64,000 nucleotides of DNA from assembly GCA_963787355.1 (NCBI GenBank), contig CAWBCP010000008.1, positions 327,682 to 391,681 of the forward strand, read 5' to 3'. A program made the translations under genes and the position numbers. Of the stretch, positions 26,548 to 38,401 are shown in pieces; the first letter of the stretch is position 1, and every line of letters starts with the position of its first letter. The notes beneath the pieces were generated by a model. The model did no database searches. It saw only the letters and a program-made list of their open reading frames with translations, and was not told the origin of the DNA. Source of the DNA: an uncultured Planctomycetaceae bacterium. GTDB lineage: Bacteria; Planctomycetota; Planctomycetia; Pirellulales; PALSA-1355.

Positions 26548-28311
26548 CTACGATGCCATCCGCAGCACCAGCGTGAAGCAAGCGCCTTCGCTCGACGGCT
26601 CGTGGCGCAGATCGCCGCCCATTTCGCGCGCGCAGCCGCCGGCACAGCGCTAGTCCCAAGCCGACTCCCGGCGCCGAGTGGGCCGCCTCGTGCGCCGACT
26701 TGCCAAACGGGCGAAACAGCAATCGCCTTCCGCCAGCTGAGATGCCCGGCCCGTGGTCGCGCAGGCGAATCCAGAGGCGGCCGTCATTCTGAGTCATCGA
26801 CAGTTGCAGCGTGCGGTCGTCTGCCGTGGCCGCGTATCGACACGCATTGTCGACGAGATTGAACAGAATCTGCTCGACGATGGCAGGATCGGCCTGCACG
26901 CGGCGTTCCAGCACGCCGTCGGCCGGCTCGATCGACAGGGCCAGTTGGGCGTGCGCGGCGCGATCGGCCAGCCGCTCGGTGGACACGTCAAGCAGTTCGC
27001 GGACGCTGACAGGGGACGGCCGTTCGATCCGGCGCCGCTCCAGTCGGGCGTACGCCAGCACGTTGGCCACGAGATGTGTCAACCGCTCAGCCTCGACGCG
27101 AAGCGCGTGCGCAAGTAAGCCTGGCGCCGGTCGTCGTCGCTGACCATGCCTTCGCTGAGCATTTCGGTATACATGCGAAACGTCGTGAGCGGCGTGCGCA
27201 GTTCGTGGGTAACCGCCGAGACGAACGCCGCGCGCCGTTCGGCCAGGCCGATCGCGCCGCCCAGCAGCGCCGCCACAGCCACCGCCGCCACGGCCATGGC
27301 CGTCCAGGCGATGACCAACGACAGCCGCAAGGGCGACAGCAGCGCGTCCGCCTCCGCGACACCGGCTGCCCCGGGGATCAACTGCACCGGCAACGATGCC
27401 AGGCGGCGAACGTCGGCTACCTGGCTTGCGTCGACAATCGGCTCGACGGTCTCCTGCGGGAGCAAGTCGGCAACTTCGTCCAGCAACTCGCGCCGGATGA
27501 CCGGCCAATCGAGCCAACAGCCTTGCAACACCGTGCGACTTCCGAAGACTGCGCGGCGCAGCAAGACCAGCTCGCCGTCCAGCCACCGCGGCGTCATGAT
27601 CGATGCCCGGGCTTCGCCGGCCGACGCCTCCTGCGCGTCGTCGCGCGGATTCGGCAACGCCGGTGGCGCCAGCGCGCTATTTGACATGATGAAGCGTTGT
27701 CGCGCCTGAAACTCCGTTTCACTGCGACCGAGTTGGCCGTTCGAGCTCGCTCGTTGTCGGTCTGCTTGAGCGGGGAACGAAGCAATCGAAACCGCCGCCG
27801 GCTCGGCCTGCGGCAGTTCGGCCAGCAGACGGGGAACGTCGACCAGTTTTTCCATGCGAGCCAAAAATGCACGATAGCGATCGATTTCGGCGCCCGCGAC
27901 CCCCGAGGGCGAGGATCCTATGGAGGGGGGCAATTGCGGCGAGCTGACGTGTCCCTGCGTATCGATCTGAAAGTGCATGCGAACGCCGTGCGGCGGCGGT
28001 ACGAACAGCGGCCCGCCCGGGTCGTTGAGCGGCGCGGCGATCTCGTTGGCCTCGGGGCGAATGAATCGGGTGCCGGGCCGCAACGAATGATAGTTCTGCG
28101 GCGGCCGGGCCTCTTCGCCCAGCAGCGGGGCCACGAACGAATCCATCCGCCAGAGCGCCAATCGCACGCGCTCCTCGAGATCGGCACGGCGGCTGGCCGC
28201 GATCTGATCGCGCTCGGCCTCGAGCGCCGAGACGCTCAGCCAGCCCACCGCCAAGGCCGTCGCCGCCAGCAAGGCCGCAAACGCAGTCCAGATTTGCCAG
28301 GCACGACGCAT
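26548..28311 (-). CDS. Membrane sensor histidine kinase (frameshifts ~27100 and ~26630)
   Basis: TM helices, H-box VTHELRTPLTT, NLVDNACRY, DHGPGI, GVGLGL. Confidence 0.92.
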
Positions 28312-28325
28312 GGGGGGCTCTCGAT

Positions 28326-29052
28326 TCAGGCAGAGGCCGGAGGAACGGTGGGCACGGCCGGCGCGGCAAACATATAACCTTTGCCGCGCACGGTCAGCAC
28401 GATGCGGGGATCGTTCGGATCGTCGCGGAATTTCTGGCGCAGCCGGGCGACGTGCACGTCGATCGTGCGGGTCGACAATCCGCGCGGATCGAGCTGCCAT
28501 ACGCGGCGCAGCAGCTCCTCGCGCGAAATGGCCCGGCCAGCGTTGGCCGCCAGGTAGCGGAGCACCTCGGCCTCCTTGTCGGCAAGCTGGAAGCGCGCCG
28601 CCGTCGGAAAATCGCACTTCGCAGCGGGCCAGATCGGCCACCACTCCCGGCAGCTCGATCCGCGCGACGTCGCGAGGCCGCTCCGGCGTGCGCCGCAGCA
28701 CGGCTTCGACCCGCGCCAAGAGTTCCTTGACGCTGAACGGCTTGACGACGTAGTCGTCGGCACCCAGGCGAAGCCCCGCGACCCGATCCTGCTCGTCGCC
28801 GCGAGCGGTGAGGATGATCACTGCTTGCGTGGGGCGCGCCTGCCGTACGGCGCGCAGCAGGTCGAGGCCGTCGCCGCCGGGGAGCACGAGGTCCAACAAC
28901 AGCAAGTCGTACGACCGCGAAAGCGCCAGCTCACGGCCCACATCGCCGCGAGCCGCCTTGAAGATTCGATAGCCGGCATGCCGCAAGGCGTCGACGATGC
29001 CGCGGCGAATGGCGGCATCGTCTTCGATGACGAGAACGGCCTGGGGTGACAT
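28326..29052 (-). CDS. OmpR/PhoB-family response regulator (frameshift ~28600)
   Basis: VLVIEDD, LLDLVLPGGDG, GADDYVVKPFS, then RTIDVHVARLRQK...TVRGKGY in the shifted frame. Confidence 0.93.
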
Positions 29053-29059
29053 GGCGAGC

Positions 29060-30677
29060 CTAATTCGACGGGACGTATCGCTCGTACTGGTACTTTAACA
29101 TCTTCGACTCGCCGGGAGGTATCTTCAACGTCCAGCGGATGCTGCCGGACCGCTCCACCAGCTTGAGCCGCGTGGGATCGACGCGGGTCACGCCGCCGTC
29201 GCTGGCTGAAATGGGCCGGCCGGGCACGGGGTTGGTGATCACGACGTCGACTTCGCGCTGCTCGAAATTCTCAAGCTTGAGAACCCCGCCCAGGGTGACC
29301 AGGTCGAGTGACACGTCCTTGGCGGGCAAGAGGACTTTGAACTTGCGATCGGTTTCTTCCTCCTGCCTGGCGTGGGCGACGTTGACCGAGGTAGTCAATG
29401 GAATCTCGCAGCGCCCGCCGCGCGGCGTGTAGCGCAACAAGTCTTCGCCCAGCGGCTGATCGTTGCTCAATGCCAAGCAGGGCCCGGTCGTCCACGCGCT
29501 GTCGGTGTCGTTCTGCAACACGAGGAAGTGCTGGATTTCCTCGGGCGGCGACCAGCGATAGATGTGAGAGTAGTTGATCCGCTTGACGAGCAACGTGACG
29601 ATGGCCCGTTCGCCGCGCCGCACGGTGAGGTCTTTCTTGGTGTACACGGTGTAATCGCTGCCGCCGGCCGTTTCGAGCTGGGGCAGATTGCCCAGGGTGG
29701 CGGCCAGGCCGGCGTCGGTGGGGGCCGCAGGTTCGGCGGCCGGGGGCCCCGCGCGGCGGTCGCGATTGAATGGATTGGCGGTCGAGGAATTGCTGGCAAT
29801 AGCCGCGCGGTTGGAGATTTGCGATTGCAGCCCGGGCGGAGCGACCGCGGCGCCGAGCGTGCGTAGCGCCTGCCTGACCGCCAGCGGCGCCAAGTACCCG
29901 GTGTGCGTGAAGTGCGGCACGCCCACGACGAAGTTGACGTCGCAATGCACGAGATCCTCGGCTTCGTTCACCAGCGTGCCGCGCAACGTGAGCTCGGCCG
30001 TCTGGTCGTCGTTGACGACCAGCGAGTATTCGGGAATCCAGGTGATTCCCTCGCGAAGGTAGGCCATGCCGATTTCGGTGGGCCCGGCCGCGCGATCTTC
30101 TCCGCCATCCCGGGCGACGTGAATCCGTAGCGGCAGGTCGAACACCTGCATTTTTAGAATGCCCTTCACCGGCACGGCAAAGCTGCTGCCCTCGCCCTCG
30201 AGCACGGCAAAATCGGGTCCCAGCGACACGAGCTTGCCAGCCGCGGTCCGCTCGGCGCCGTGATGGCGGTACGTGAATTCGACGTTGAGCAACAACGCGG
30301 CCTCCAATCGCTTGTGGACGGTTTCGAGGCTTTTGCCCACGTCAACCCCGTCGAATTCGACGATCTCGCCCGGTCCCGAGCCGACCACGTCGACGAACTC
30401 GTCCTGGCGGGCGGCATAAATGGCCAGCGTGCCGAATTTGGCGGGCGGGATTTCCTTGGCCAGGCACCAGCCTTGGTGAGGCGTCACCGCTGCTTGACGG
30501 ACGAAGAATCCCAGCCCGTTCTTGAAGACCGCCACCGACTTGGTTCGCGGCTGCCAAACGGACGCCGAGCGTGCGTCGCGGTCGGAGGGGGGACCGCTTT
30601 CCGCGCCCGAGTGCGCGAGACGAAAACGCCAGGATCGAGGCAGCGATCATCGCCAGCAGGGTGGTTCGCGCGGACAT
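29060..30677 (-). CDS. Secreted DUF4139/DUF4140-like protein (frameshift ~30550)
   Basis: Signal peptide MSARTTLLAMIAASILAF. VAVFKNGLGFFVR, MAYLREGITWIPEY and WTLKIPPGESKMLKYQY resemble the DUF4139/4140 architecture. Confidence 0.65.
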
Positions 30678-30769
30678 GGTAGGCTCCCAAGAGTTGTTGC
30701 TGTGGGTCGAGCACGTTTTGACTCGGTGCTGCTCTACAGCGGATCCTACCGGCAACGAACCTCCCATGG

Positions 30770-30786
30770 TGTAAACGGTTTGTAAC
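30770..30786 (-). promoter_or_regulatory. Direct repeat TGTAA-N6-TGTAA, candidate OmpR-family operator
   Basis: TGTAAACGGTTTGTAAC with an 11-bp period, about 95 nt upstream of the DUF4139-RR-HK operon. Confidence 0.45.
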
Positions 30787-30802
30787 GACCTCGCGCGGCT
30801 TC

Positions 30803-31721
30803 TTATCCAAGCAAGGGGCAGTTGTCGGGGAGCTTCATGACAAGGGCATGTGGCAGCACCTCGAAGCGAAACCGAGTGCCCGAGATAGGCTCGCCGTCGA
30901 GGTTGATTTGCAGCGCCTCATCGGTCTCGATTTCCAGCCAGGCCACTCGGGCGTGCACGAGCTGGTGATGAACGGCGTCGAGGCCTTCGCAGCAACAAGG
31001 TGGCCAGGGCCGCGGGAATCTCCTCGTTCGCTAAGCGGGGCAGCAGTCGGACGTCGAGCAATCCGTCGTTGAGGAGCGCTTCAGGACAAAGCGGATGCCC
31101 GCCGCCGGCTTGCCGTCCGTTGCCTACTGCCAGGATCAGAAACGCGCCCTGCCAGTCGAAGCCGGGCCCCGCGAGTCGCCCGCTGGCCGGCCGGATACTG
31201 TTGAAGTGCGTCAACCCGGTGATGAAGTACGCCGCGCCGCCGAGGATCCTCTTCAGCTCGTTGGGAGTGGCCACCGTCACCTGGGTGCCGAAGCCGCCGG
31301 TGGCGACGTTGAGGAAGTGCTTCCCGTTCGCGTTTCCGACATCTACGGCCGCGCTGCGTCCGGCGACGGCCAGCCGCATCGCGCCCGCGGCGTCGAGCGG
31401 AATCTGACAAGCATGAGCCAAATCGTTGGCCGTGCCGAGCGGCAAGATGGCCAATGCCGGGCGCGGTGCCCCGGGAGCGGCCGCTTCAATCAATCCACAG
31501 ACGACTTCGTTGACGGTGCCATCGCCGCCGCCGGCAATCACGACGTCGTAGCCGGACTGCGCCGCCTCGCGCGAGAGCGCAGGCGCGTCGCCGGCTTCCC
31601 AAGTGACGCGCACCTCGACGCGCACGCCCTCGTCGCGGGCGGCGCGGACGGCGGCCCGCACGTCGTCGCGCATCGCGGCCTTGCCGTGCAGCACCAGGCA
31701 GGCGGATCGTTCAGAGGTCAT
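30803..31721 (-). CDS. yegS: Lipid kinase YegS (frameshift ~30990)
   Basis: LHGKAA, VRVTWEAGDA, GGGDGTVNEV, PLGTANDLA, NVATGGFG, GNGRQAGGG, NLDGEP. Confidence 0.9.
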
Positions 31722-32509
31722 ACCGCGTTCTCGGAGGCCGTTCAGCGCGATAGACGTCGGTCGGCTGCGGCGGAAGCTGGCGGCCCAGGGTGAACGGCTT
31801 GACCAGCACCGCGCCGGCGATGAAGCCGCCGATGTGAGCCGCATAGGCGACGCCATCGGCCATCCCGCCGCCGCCCAGCATGCCCAGGCTGCTGACCACC
31901 TGGAACAGGAACCAGATGCCCACGGCCACGTAGCCGGGCACCACGGTCAGCACGCGGAACAAAATCACCCGCACGCGCCGCTTGGGATACAACACGAGAT
32001 AGCCGCCCATCACCGCCGAAATCGCGCCCGAGGCCCCCAGGCTGGGCACCAGCGCGCCCGGCCCATTCAAGTTCACCAGCACGTGGCTGAGCGAGGCGAT
32101 CAAGCCGGCCAACAGGTAGAAGACCGCGTAGCGCAGCGTGGCCCATCGCGTCTTCAACGTTGTCGCCGAAGATCCACAAGAACCACATGTTGCCGAGGAT
32201 GTGCGCGATGCCCCCGTGCATGAACATCGAGGTCAGCAGCGTCAAGTAGACCGACACGGGCGTGGGCGGCAGTCCTGGGAGCTGGACTCTTTGGCCGTCG
32301 GCGGTCTCGACGATGCGGGGCTGGTCGCCGGCGTCCCTCGATCCGCTGGCGATGCGGGCGGGCACGGCGGAGAACTCGTAGGTGAAGCGTTCGTCGCTGC
32401 CCATTTGTTGAAAGACGACGAACACCAGCACGTTGATCGCGATGATCACGTAGTTGACCACCGGCTGGCTGCGGCGGTCGGAGTTGTCGTCGCCGAGGGG
32501 AAATACCAT
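31711..32509 (-). CDS. Rhomboid family intramembrane serine protease (frameshift ~32140)
   Basis: SMFMHGGIAHILGNMWFLWIFGDNVED, GASGA catalytic Ser motif, AHIGGF. Confidence 0.94.
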
Positions 32510-32860
32510 GGCCGCGTTCCTTGGGATCGTTTGGGGGGCCGCTGCTGCGGCCGGGGACCACGGTCACACCTGGCGCGAGGATGCGTGGAGGACGGCCCCA
32601 CAACGGCTACATGCCGGAAATGATAGCGTATCGCACGCCCGCTGAGGCGGAAAAAACGGGACGGGCGCCTCGGCCACGCCCGGCACCCAGCCGTGCTTCG
32701 CGTCGGCAAGTGCGCATGATCCGAGCCCTGGCAGATCGCAGCAGTCGCAGTCTCTCGGTCGGAACAATTCGGGTATAATCGACGCCGCGCTGTGGCGACG
32801 GATGGTTTAGTCCAGCGCGTGTCGAATGATCGACCACAAGCGGCTGTTTATTTGCCTCGC

Positions 32861-34129
32861 ATGGATGCCGCCCACACGAAGCTCGACCTCGACGTGCTGA
32901 TCTTCGGCGGCGGCTGCGCCGGGCTGTGGCTCGTCGACGAACTTCGCCGCCGTGGACTGCGCGTGCTGCTCTTGGAAAGCGGCCGGCTGGGGAGCGGTCA
33001 AACAGCCAGCGCGCAGGGCATCTTGCACGGCGGCCTGAAGTATTCGCTGGGCGGAATCCTTTCGCCCGCGGCACGCATGGTCCGCGACATGCCCGAGCGC
33101 TGGGCGGCCTGCCTGGCTGGCCGCGCGGAGCCTGACCTTTCGGCCGTGCGGCTGCGCAGCAGCATGGGTTGCTACCTGTGGCGCGGCGAATCGCTGGCCT
33201 CGTGGGCCGCGATGCTCGGGGCCGTGGCGGGGCTGACCGTCAAGCCGGTGCCGATCGACGACGGCTGCCGCCCCGCGCCCTTGAAGGGCTGCCCCGGAAC
33301 GGTGTATCGCCTCGACGAGCCGGTGATCGACACGATCAGCTTCCTCGGGGTGATGGCCCGGCGCAATCGCGGCGTCATCTGGAAGATCGAAGCCGGCGAC
33401 GGGTTGAAGTTCGAGCGGAGCGCGGGCGGGGCGGGTGTCGGCGTGACGTTGCGCCATCCGCGTACCGGTTTGGCCGTAGGATTGAATCCCGCGCGCGTCG
33501 TCTTGACGGCGGGTGAAGGCAATGCCCTGTTGCGGGAGTTACTGGGGCTGGCGACCGCCGCGGCGCAATTGCGGCCGCTGCACGTGGCGCTGCTGCGCGG
33601 CGAGCTTCCGCCGCTGGCAGGTCACTCAGTCGCCGGCACGTCGACCCGCGTCACGATTACCTCCGACGTCGATGCCCGCGGCCGCACGGTCTGGCAGCTT
33701 GGCGGCAAGCTGAGCGAAGACGGCGTGGCGCTGGATGGGCCGACGTTTCTGCGGCACGCCCGCGAAGAGCTGGCGGTCGTGCTTCCCGGTTGGCAGAGCG
33801 GACCGGTGGAATGGGCCTCCTATCGCGTCAATCGGGCCGAGCGCGCCACGCGCACCGGCGCCATGCCCGGCGACGTGCAGATCGTCCGCGAAGGTCCGGT
33901 GTGGACCGTCTGGCCGACCAAGCTCGTGCTTGCCCCGCGACTGACCGACTGCCTGGCCGACGAGCTCGACGTCGACCCGACGCCTCGCACCCCGCTTGCT
34001 GGCCTGGCAGATCGCAAGGAAGCGCATGCAACGCCTTGGCAAGCCGAACTGGCCGCGTTCGATTGGCCCACGGCCGACGTGGCTGATGCGCCTTGGAATC
34101 GGGAGCTGACATGGATCTCCGACGTTTAG
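32861..34129 (+). CDS. FAD-dependent oxidoreductase (DAO/GlpD-like fold)
   Basis: DVLIFGGGCAGLWL Rossmann motif, GSGQTASAQGILHGGLKY, WPTKLVLAP. Confidence 0.88.
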   Translation: MDAAHTKLDLDVLIFGGGCAGLWLVDELRRRGLRVLLLESGRLGSGQTASAQGILHGGLKYSLGGILSPAARMVRDMPERWAACLAGRAEPDLSAVRLRSSMGCYLWRGESLASWAAMLGAVAGLTVKPVPIDDGCRPAPLKGCPGTVYRLDEPVIDTISFLGVMARRNRGVIWKIEAGDGLKFERSAGGAGVGVTLRHPRTGLAVGLNPARVVLTAGEGNALLRELLGLATAAAQLRPLHVALLRGELPPLAGHSVAGTSTRVTITSDVDARGRTVWQLGGKLSEDGVALDGPTFLRHAREELAVVLPGWQSGPVEWASYRVNRAERATRTGAMPGDVQIVREGPVWTVWPTKLVLAPRLTDCLADELDVDPTPRTPLAGLADRKEAHATPWQAELAAFDWPTADVADAPWNRELTWISDV

Positions 34130-34998
34130 CCGCCACGGGGCCGCCGGTCAGCCCGATCGGCTTCGGCGCGTTCAAGATCGGCCGCAACCAGCGGACGAAA
34201 TACGGCGCGGCTTACGAACTGCCCGACGACGCCCAAGTCGCGCGGTTGCTGAACGCGGTGCTCGACATGGGCATCAACTACATCGACACCGCGCCGGCGT
34301 ACGGCACGAGCGAAGAGCGGATCGCGCGGGCCATCGGCCATCGGCGGGGCGAATACACGTTGTCGACCAAGGTCGGCGAAACGTTCGAGGGCGGCGTCTC
34401 GACGTACGATTTTTCGGCACCGGCTATCCGCTCCAGCGTCGAGCGCAGCTTGCGCCGCCTGCAGACCGACGTGCTCGACCTGGTCTTCATCCACTCCGAC
34501 GGCAACGATCTGGCGATCCTGGAGGGGACCGACGCGGTGCCGGCGCTCGTCGCGTTGCGCGAGGCCGGGCGGGTCCGCGCGATCGGACTGTCGGCCAAAA
34601 CCGCCGCCGCGCCGCGGGCGGCGCTCGACTGGTCCGACGCGATCATGGTCGAGTACCACCTTGACGACCGCTCGGCCGAAACGGTGATTGGCGAAGCGGC
34701 GGCGCGCGGCTTGGGCGTGGTGGTGAAAAAAGGGCTCGCCTCGGGCCGGCTGCCGCCCGTCGCGGCCGTGCCCTTCGCGCTGGCGAACCCGGGCGTGTCG
34801 ACGCTGATCGTCGGCTCGCTGTCGGAGGCCCATCTGCGCGAGAATCTGGCCCTGGCGCGGCGCGGCGGCCCGTGCGGGGTGACGCAGCCGCGTCGGCTCG
34901 CGGTTCCCGCGGCCATTCTCTCTCGGCGCCGCGCTGCTTATACTCGATTGCGTGTCGCGACACCGCCGGATGCTCGCCCTTGGAGGAAGTCGTCATGA
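34111..34998 (+). CDS. Aldo/keto reductase
   Basis: GINYIDTAPAYGTSE, LSTKVG, SVERSLRRLQTDVLDLVFIH. The true C-terminus may be earlier (~34880). Confidence 0.9.
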   Translation: MDLRRLAATGPPVSPIGFGAFKIGRNQRTKYGAAYELPDDAQVARLLNAVLDMGINYIDTAPAYGTSEERIARAIGHRRGEYTLSTKVGETFEGGVSTYDFSAPAIRSSVERSLRRLQTDVLDLVFIHSDGNDLAILEGTDAVPALVALREAGRVRAIGLSAKTAAAPRAALDWSDAIMVEYHLDDRSAETVIGEAAARGLGVVVKKGLASGRLPPVAAVPFALANPGVSTLIVGSLSEAHLRENLALARRGGPCGVTQPRRLAVPAAILSRRRAAYTRLRVATPPDARPWRKSS

Positions 34999-36347
34999 AA
35001 CGCCCGCTCGCACGATTGGCGATGGTCTTTTGTTGTGCCTGGGCCGCGCTGGCTGCTGCGAGTGCCGCGTCGGACGATGCGTCCGCGCCGCGCCGGCTGG
35101 TGATCAAGGCAGGCCGGCTGTTCGATGGCACGGCCGACACCTATCGCACCAACGTGCTGATCGTCGTCGAAGGCGAGCGGATCAAGGCGGTCGGCACCGC
35201 CGACGAAATCTCGCTGCCCGAGGGCGCCGAGACTATCGACTTGTCGAATGCCACGGTCCTGCCGGGCCTGATCGATTGCCACACGCACCTCGGCAACCGG
35301 GCCGACCGATACGACGAAATGCTCAAGTTCGAGACGACGCCCAATCACCGCGCCTTCGCCGCGGTGGTCAATGCCCGCACGACGCTCGAGGCCGGCTTCA
35401 CGAGCGTCCGCGACGTCGGCTCGTCGCCGTTCCTGGCCGTCGACCTGCGCGACTCGATCGACGAGGGATACCTCGTCGGCCCACGCATCATGGCCAGCGG
35501 GCCGGGAATTTCCATGACCGGCGGCCACGGCGATTTGAACCGTTACGCGCCGCAGGTCCGCGTGACGACGTTTCCCGACGAGAACGATTTTCGCATCGCC
35601 GACGGCCCCGACCAGATGCGTCGCGTGGTCCGCTCGCAGTTCAAGCACGGCGTCGATTTGATCAAGGTACACGCCTCGGGCGGGGTGCTGTCGCGAGGCG
35701 ATTCTCCGGGCGCCGCGCAATTCACGATCGAAGAACTCAAGGCCGCGGTCGAAGAAGCCCACGCCGCCGGCCGCAAGGTCGCCGCCCATGCCCACGGGGC
35801 CCAGGGCATCAAGAACGCGATCGTGGCGGGCGTCGATTCGATCGAGCACGGCAGCTAGATCGACGACGAGGGAATTCAGCTGATGCTCAAGCACGGCACC
35901 TGGCTGGTGGCCGACATCTACAACGACGATTACCTGCTGGGAAAGGCGATCGAGTTCAAGCTGCCGCAAGAATCGATCGACAAGGAGCGGGCCCTGGGCC
36001 AGGTGCAGCGAGACAACTTCGCCCGTTGCCGTTCAGGCGGGCGTCAAAGTCGCCTTCGGCACCGATGCGGGCGTCTATCCGCATGGCGACAACGCCAAAC
36101 AGTTCTATCTACATGGTCAAATACGGTCTGACGCCCGCCCAGGCCATCCGCGCCGCCACGTCGCGACGCCGCCGAGCTGTTGGGCCGCTCGAAGGACGTG
36201 GGCCGCGTCGCGCCGGGCTTGTACGCCGACATGATCGCCGTGGCCGGCGACCCCTTGAGCGACGTGCAGGCGCTGGAGAAGGTGGGCTTCGTGGCCAAGG
36301 GCGGCGTGGTCGTCAAGGACGAGATCTCGTCGCATGCGCGGCCGTGA
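34995..36347 (+). CDS. Secreted amidohydrolase (Xaa-Pro dipeptidase-like), with in-frame TAG at 35856 and frameshifts
   Basis: PGLIDCHTH, GFTSVRDVG, VAAHAHG, GVDSIEHG, AFGTDAG, GDPLSD. Confidence 0.9.
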
Positions 36348-36533
36348 ATGCGGATCGCCGCCGCCTGCTCAACGTGCTTTAGCGCCCTTGGTTCAACACT
36401 TCGCCGACGGCACGGGTGAACGCGCCCGCAGCAGGCGAGGGCCGACCGTGTTGGCGATGAAATGCACCGCGCCATTGGCGGTCAGGGCCGCGGCTGCCGG
36501 TCAGGTTTCGAGGTGTCCCGGACGATCGAATCG

Positions 36534-38207
36534 CTATTTCGCCGCGGCGGCTTGCTCGCCGTAGACCTTGGTAACCGGCAACAGCACGCGCGACGCGGCC
36601 GAGGCGGCGTGATGCACGCTGTTGTGGGCTGGCACCGCCTGGTCGATGCTCTTCACCGGCTCCCAGGTGTTCGAGTGCGGCTCGAACCGCGGGTTGTTGC
36701 TGCTGGTCACGTGAATCGCGATCTTGTGACCGCGGTTGAATACCAGCGCCGTCGACCAGAGGTTCACCCTGAGCGGGTAGACTTTGCCTTTTTCGGCGCG
36801 GACCATCTTGTCGAAGCCTTCGCGAAAGCGGAGCCGCGCCGCCTGGTCGAGCACCAGGGCTTCGTAGCCGTCGGGGTAGACGTCGACCAGCTTGACCGTG
36901 AAGTCGGTGTCCTCGGCGTCGGTGCTGACCATCAGCTCGGCGATGACCGGCCCGACGATTTCCACGGCTTGTTCGAGCGGCTCGGTTTCGTACTTGACGA
37001 CGTCCGGCCGGCTGCTGACTTCGCGCTGGTCCATCGGGCCCAGCGGGATCATGAGGTTGTTGCCGCCCACCGTGGGCACGGGGTTCTTGGGGTCGTAGAC
37101 GTACGTGTCGACGGCTTCGGCCGAGCGGGCGTCGGCCGTTGGCGCGGCGGTCGACAGCCGATGGCCGGCCTCGAGGTAGTAAGGCGTGACGTCGGCCTTG
37201 GGCGGCCAGACGTCGCTCGTGCGCCACACGTTGCCGGGGGCCTGGGGGTCGCGGGTGTCGCCCATCAGGTAGTAGCGGACGGCCGGCTCGCGCTCAACGC
37301 CGTTGTCGGCCCCCTTGAGCCAGTGGTCGAACCAGCGGTGGGCGAAGTTGCCATTGGCTATCCGGCCGGCGTTGTCGGGATATTTCAAATCGCCGGCCAG
37401 CTTGCCGTGGCCGAAGGCGCCCATCACGAGCTTCTGGTTGCCGCGGGCCCCCGGGCCGCCCTGGTATTGCAGGCCGACGAACGCGTCGATGTCGCCCTGG
37501 CTGAAGATGTCGTACCAGCCGCCGACGTTGACGCTGGGCGTTTTGATCTGGTTGAAATAGTGGTGGATGTCGCGCTTGGCGAACGATGCGTCGTAGGGCT
37601 GGATGATCGGGCGCGGCACGTCGGCCGGCGGCACGCCCTGCTTGCGCAGCCATTCCTCGTTGAGGTTTTTCAGGAACACGCCGCCCGGGTAGCCTGAGTA
37701 GTGATACGTGCTGCCGTGGGCGACGTAGACGAAGGTGCACAGCAGGTGCGGGGCGCCGGCCATGGCGGCCAGGTTGGCAGTGATGCCGGTGGCCGAGCCG
37801 CCGACCATGCCCACCTTGCCGTTGGACCACGGCTGGGCGGCAGCCCATTCGACCGTGTCGTACCCGTCGTCCATGTCGTCGATAAAGGCCCGGTAGGCGC
37901 CTTCGCTGGCGAAGCGACCGCGACAATCCTGTACGACGCGGACATAGCCTTGGCCGGTGTATTCGCTTTCGGCCTTTTCGCGCGCGGCGGTCGTGCCCTT
38001 GTTGTAGGGCGTGCGCGTGAGCACGACCGGCCAGGGCCCGTCGCCCTCGGGCAGAAAGACGTTGGTGGCCAGCTTCACGCCGTCGCGCATCGGCACCATG
38101 ACCTCTAGCGATTCGGCCAGGGCGACGGCCGAGGCGAACAGCGCGATCAGAAACGCAGCCGCGCACGATGTCGCCGCCAGCGGTCGCGTGTGGGATTTGG
38201 TGGTCAT
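36534..38207 (-). CDS. CocE/NonD family hydrolase, secreted
   Basis: VPMRDGVKLAT, RTPYNK, QDCRGRFASEG, WSNGKVGMVGGS, GGWYDIF. Confidence 0.95.
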   Translation of the reverse strand: MTTKSHTRPLAATSCAAAFLIALFASAVALAESLEVMVPMRDGVKLATNVFLPEGDGPWPVVLTRTPYNKGTTAAREKAESEYTGQGYVRVVQDCRGRFASEGAYRAFIDDMDDGYDTVEWAAAQPWSNGKVGMVGGSATGITANLAAMAGAPHLLCTFVYVAHGSTYHYSGYPGGVFLKNLNEEWLRKQGVPPADVPRPIIQPYDASFAKRDIHHYFNQIKTPSVNVGGWYDIFSQGDIDAFVGLQYQGGPGARGNQKLVMGAFGHGKLAGDLKYPDNAGRIANGNFAHRWFDHWLKGADNGVEREPAVRYYLMGDTRDPQAPGNVWRTSDVWPPKADVTPYYLEAGHRLSTAAPTADARSAEAVDTYVYDPKNPVPTVGGNNLMIPLGPMDQREVSSRPDVVKYETEPLEQAVEIVGPVIAELMVSTDAEDTDFTVKLVDVYPDGYEALVLDQAARLRFREGFDKMVRAEKGKVYPLRVNLWSTALVFNRGHKIAIHVTSSNNPRFEPHSNTWEPVKSIDQAVPAHNSVHHAASAASRVLLPVTKVYGEQAAAAK

Positions 38208-38401
38208 GCGAATGTCCTCGCGATGGGAGATGCAATTGGAAGTGCGCGCCTGCGTATTCGCGGCACGCGGCCGCCGGCCGCCGCCAAGCGCGGATTATCA
38301 ACCGCCGTGCAAGCCGGGTCAACGGATGGGCCGGCGATGCCCCGTTGTTGGATGTTTGCAGGCACGCAGGTCCAACCCGATTTTTCCGGGCCAGACGGCG
38401 C

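Noticed and set aside
27079-29052. Fused response regulator-sensor kinase (657-aa ORF)
   Set aside because: An indel near 28600 shifts the regulator into the kinase frame. The regulator's own winged-helix end and stop (28326) are present in another frame.
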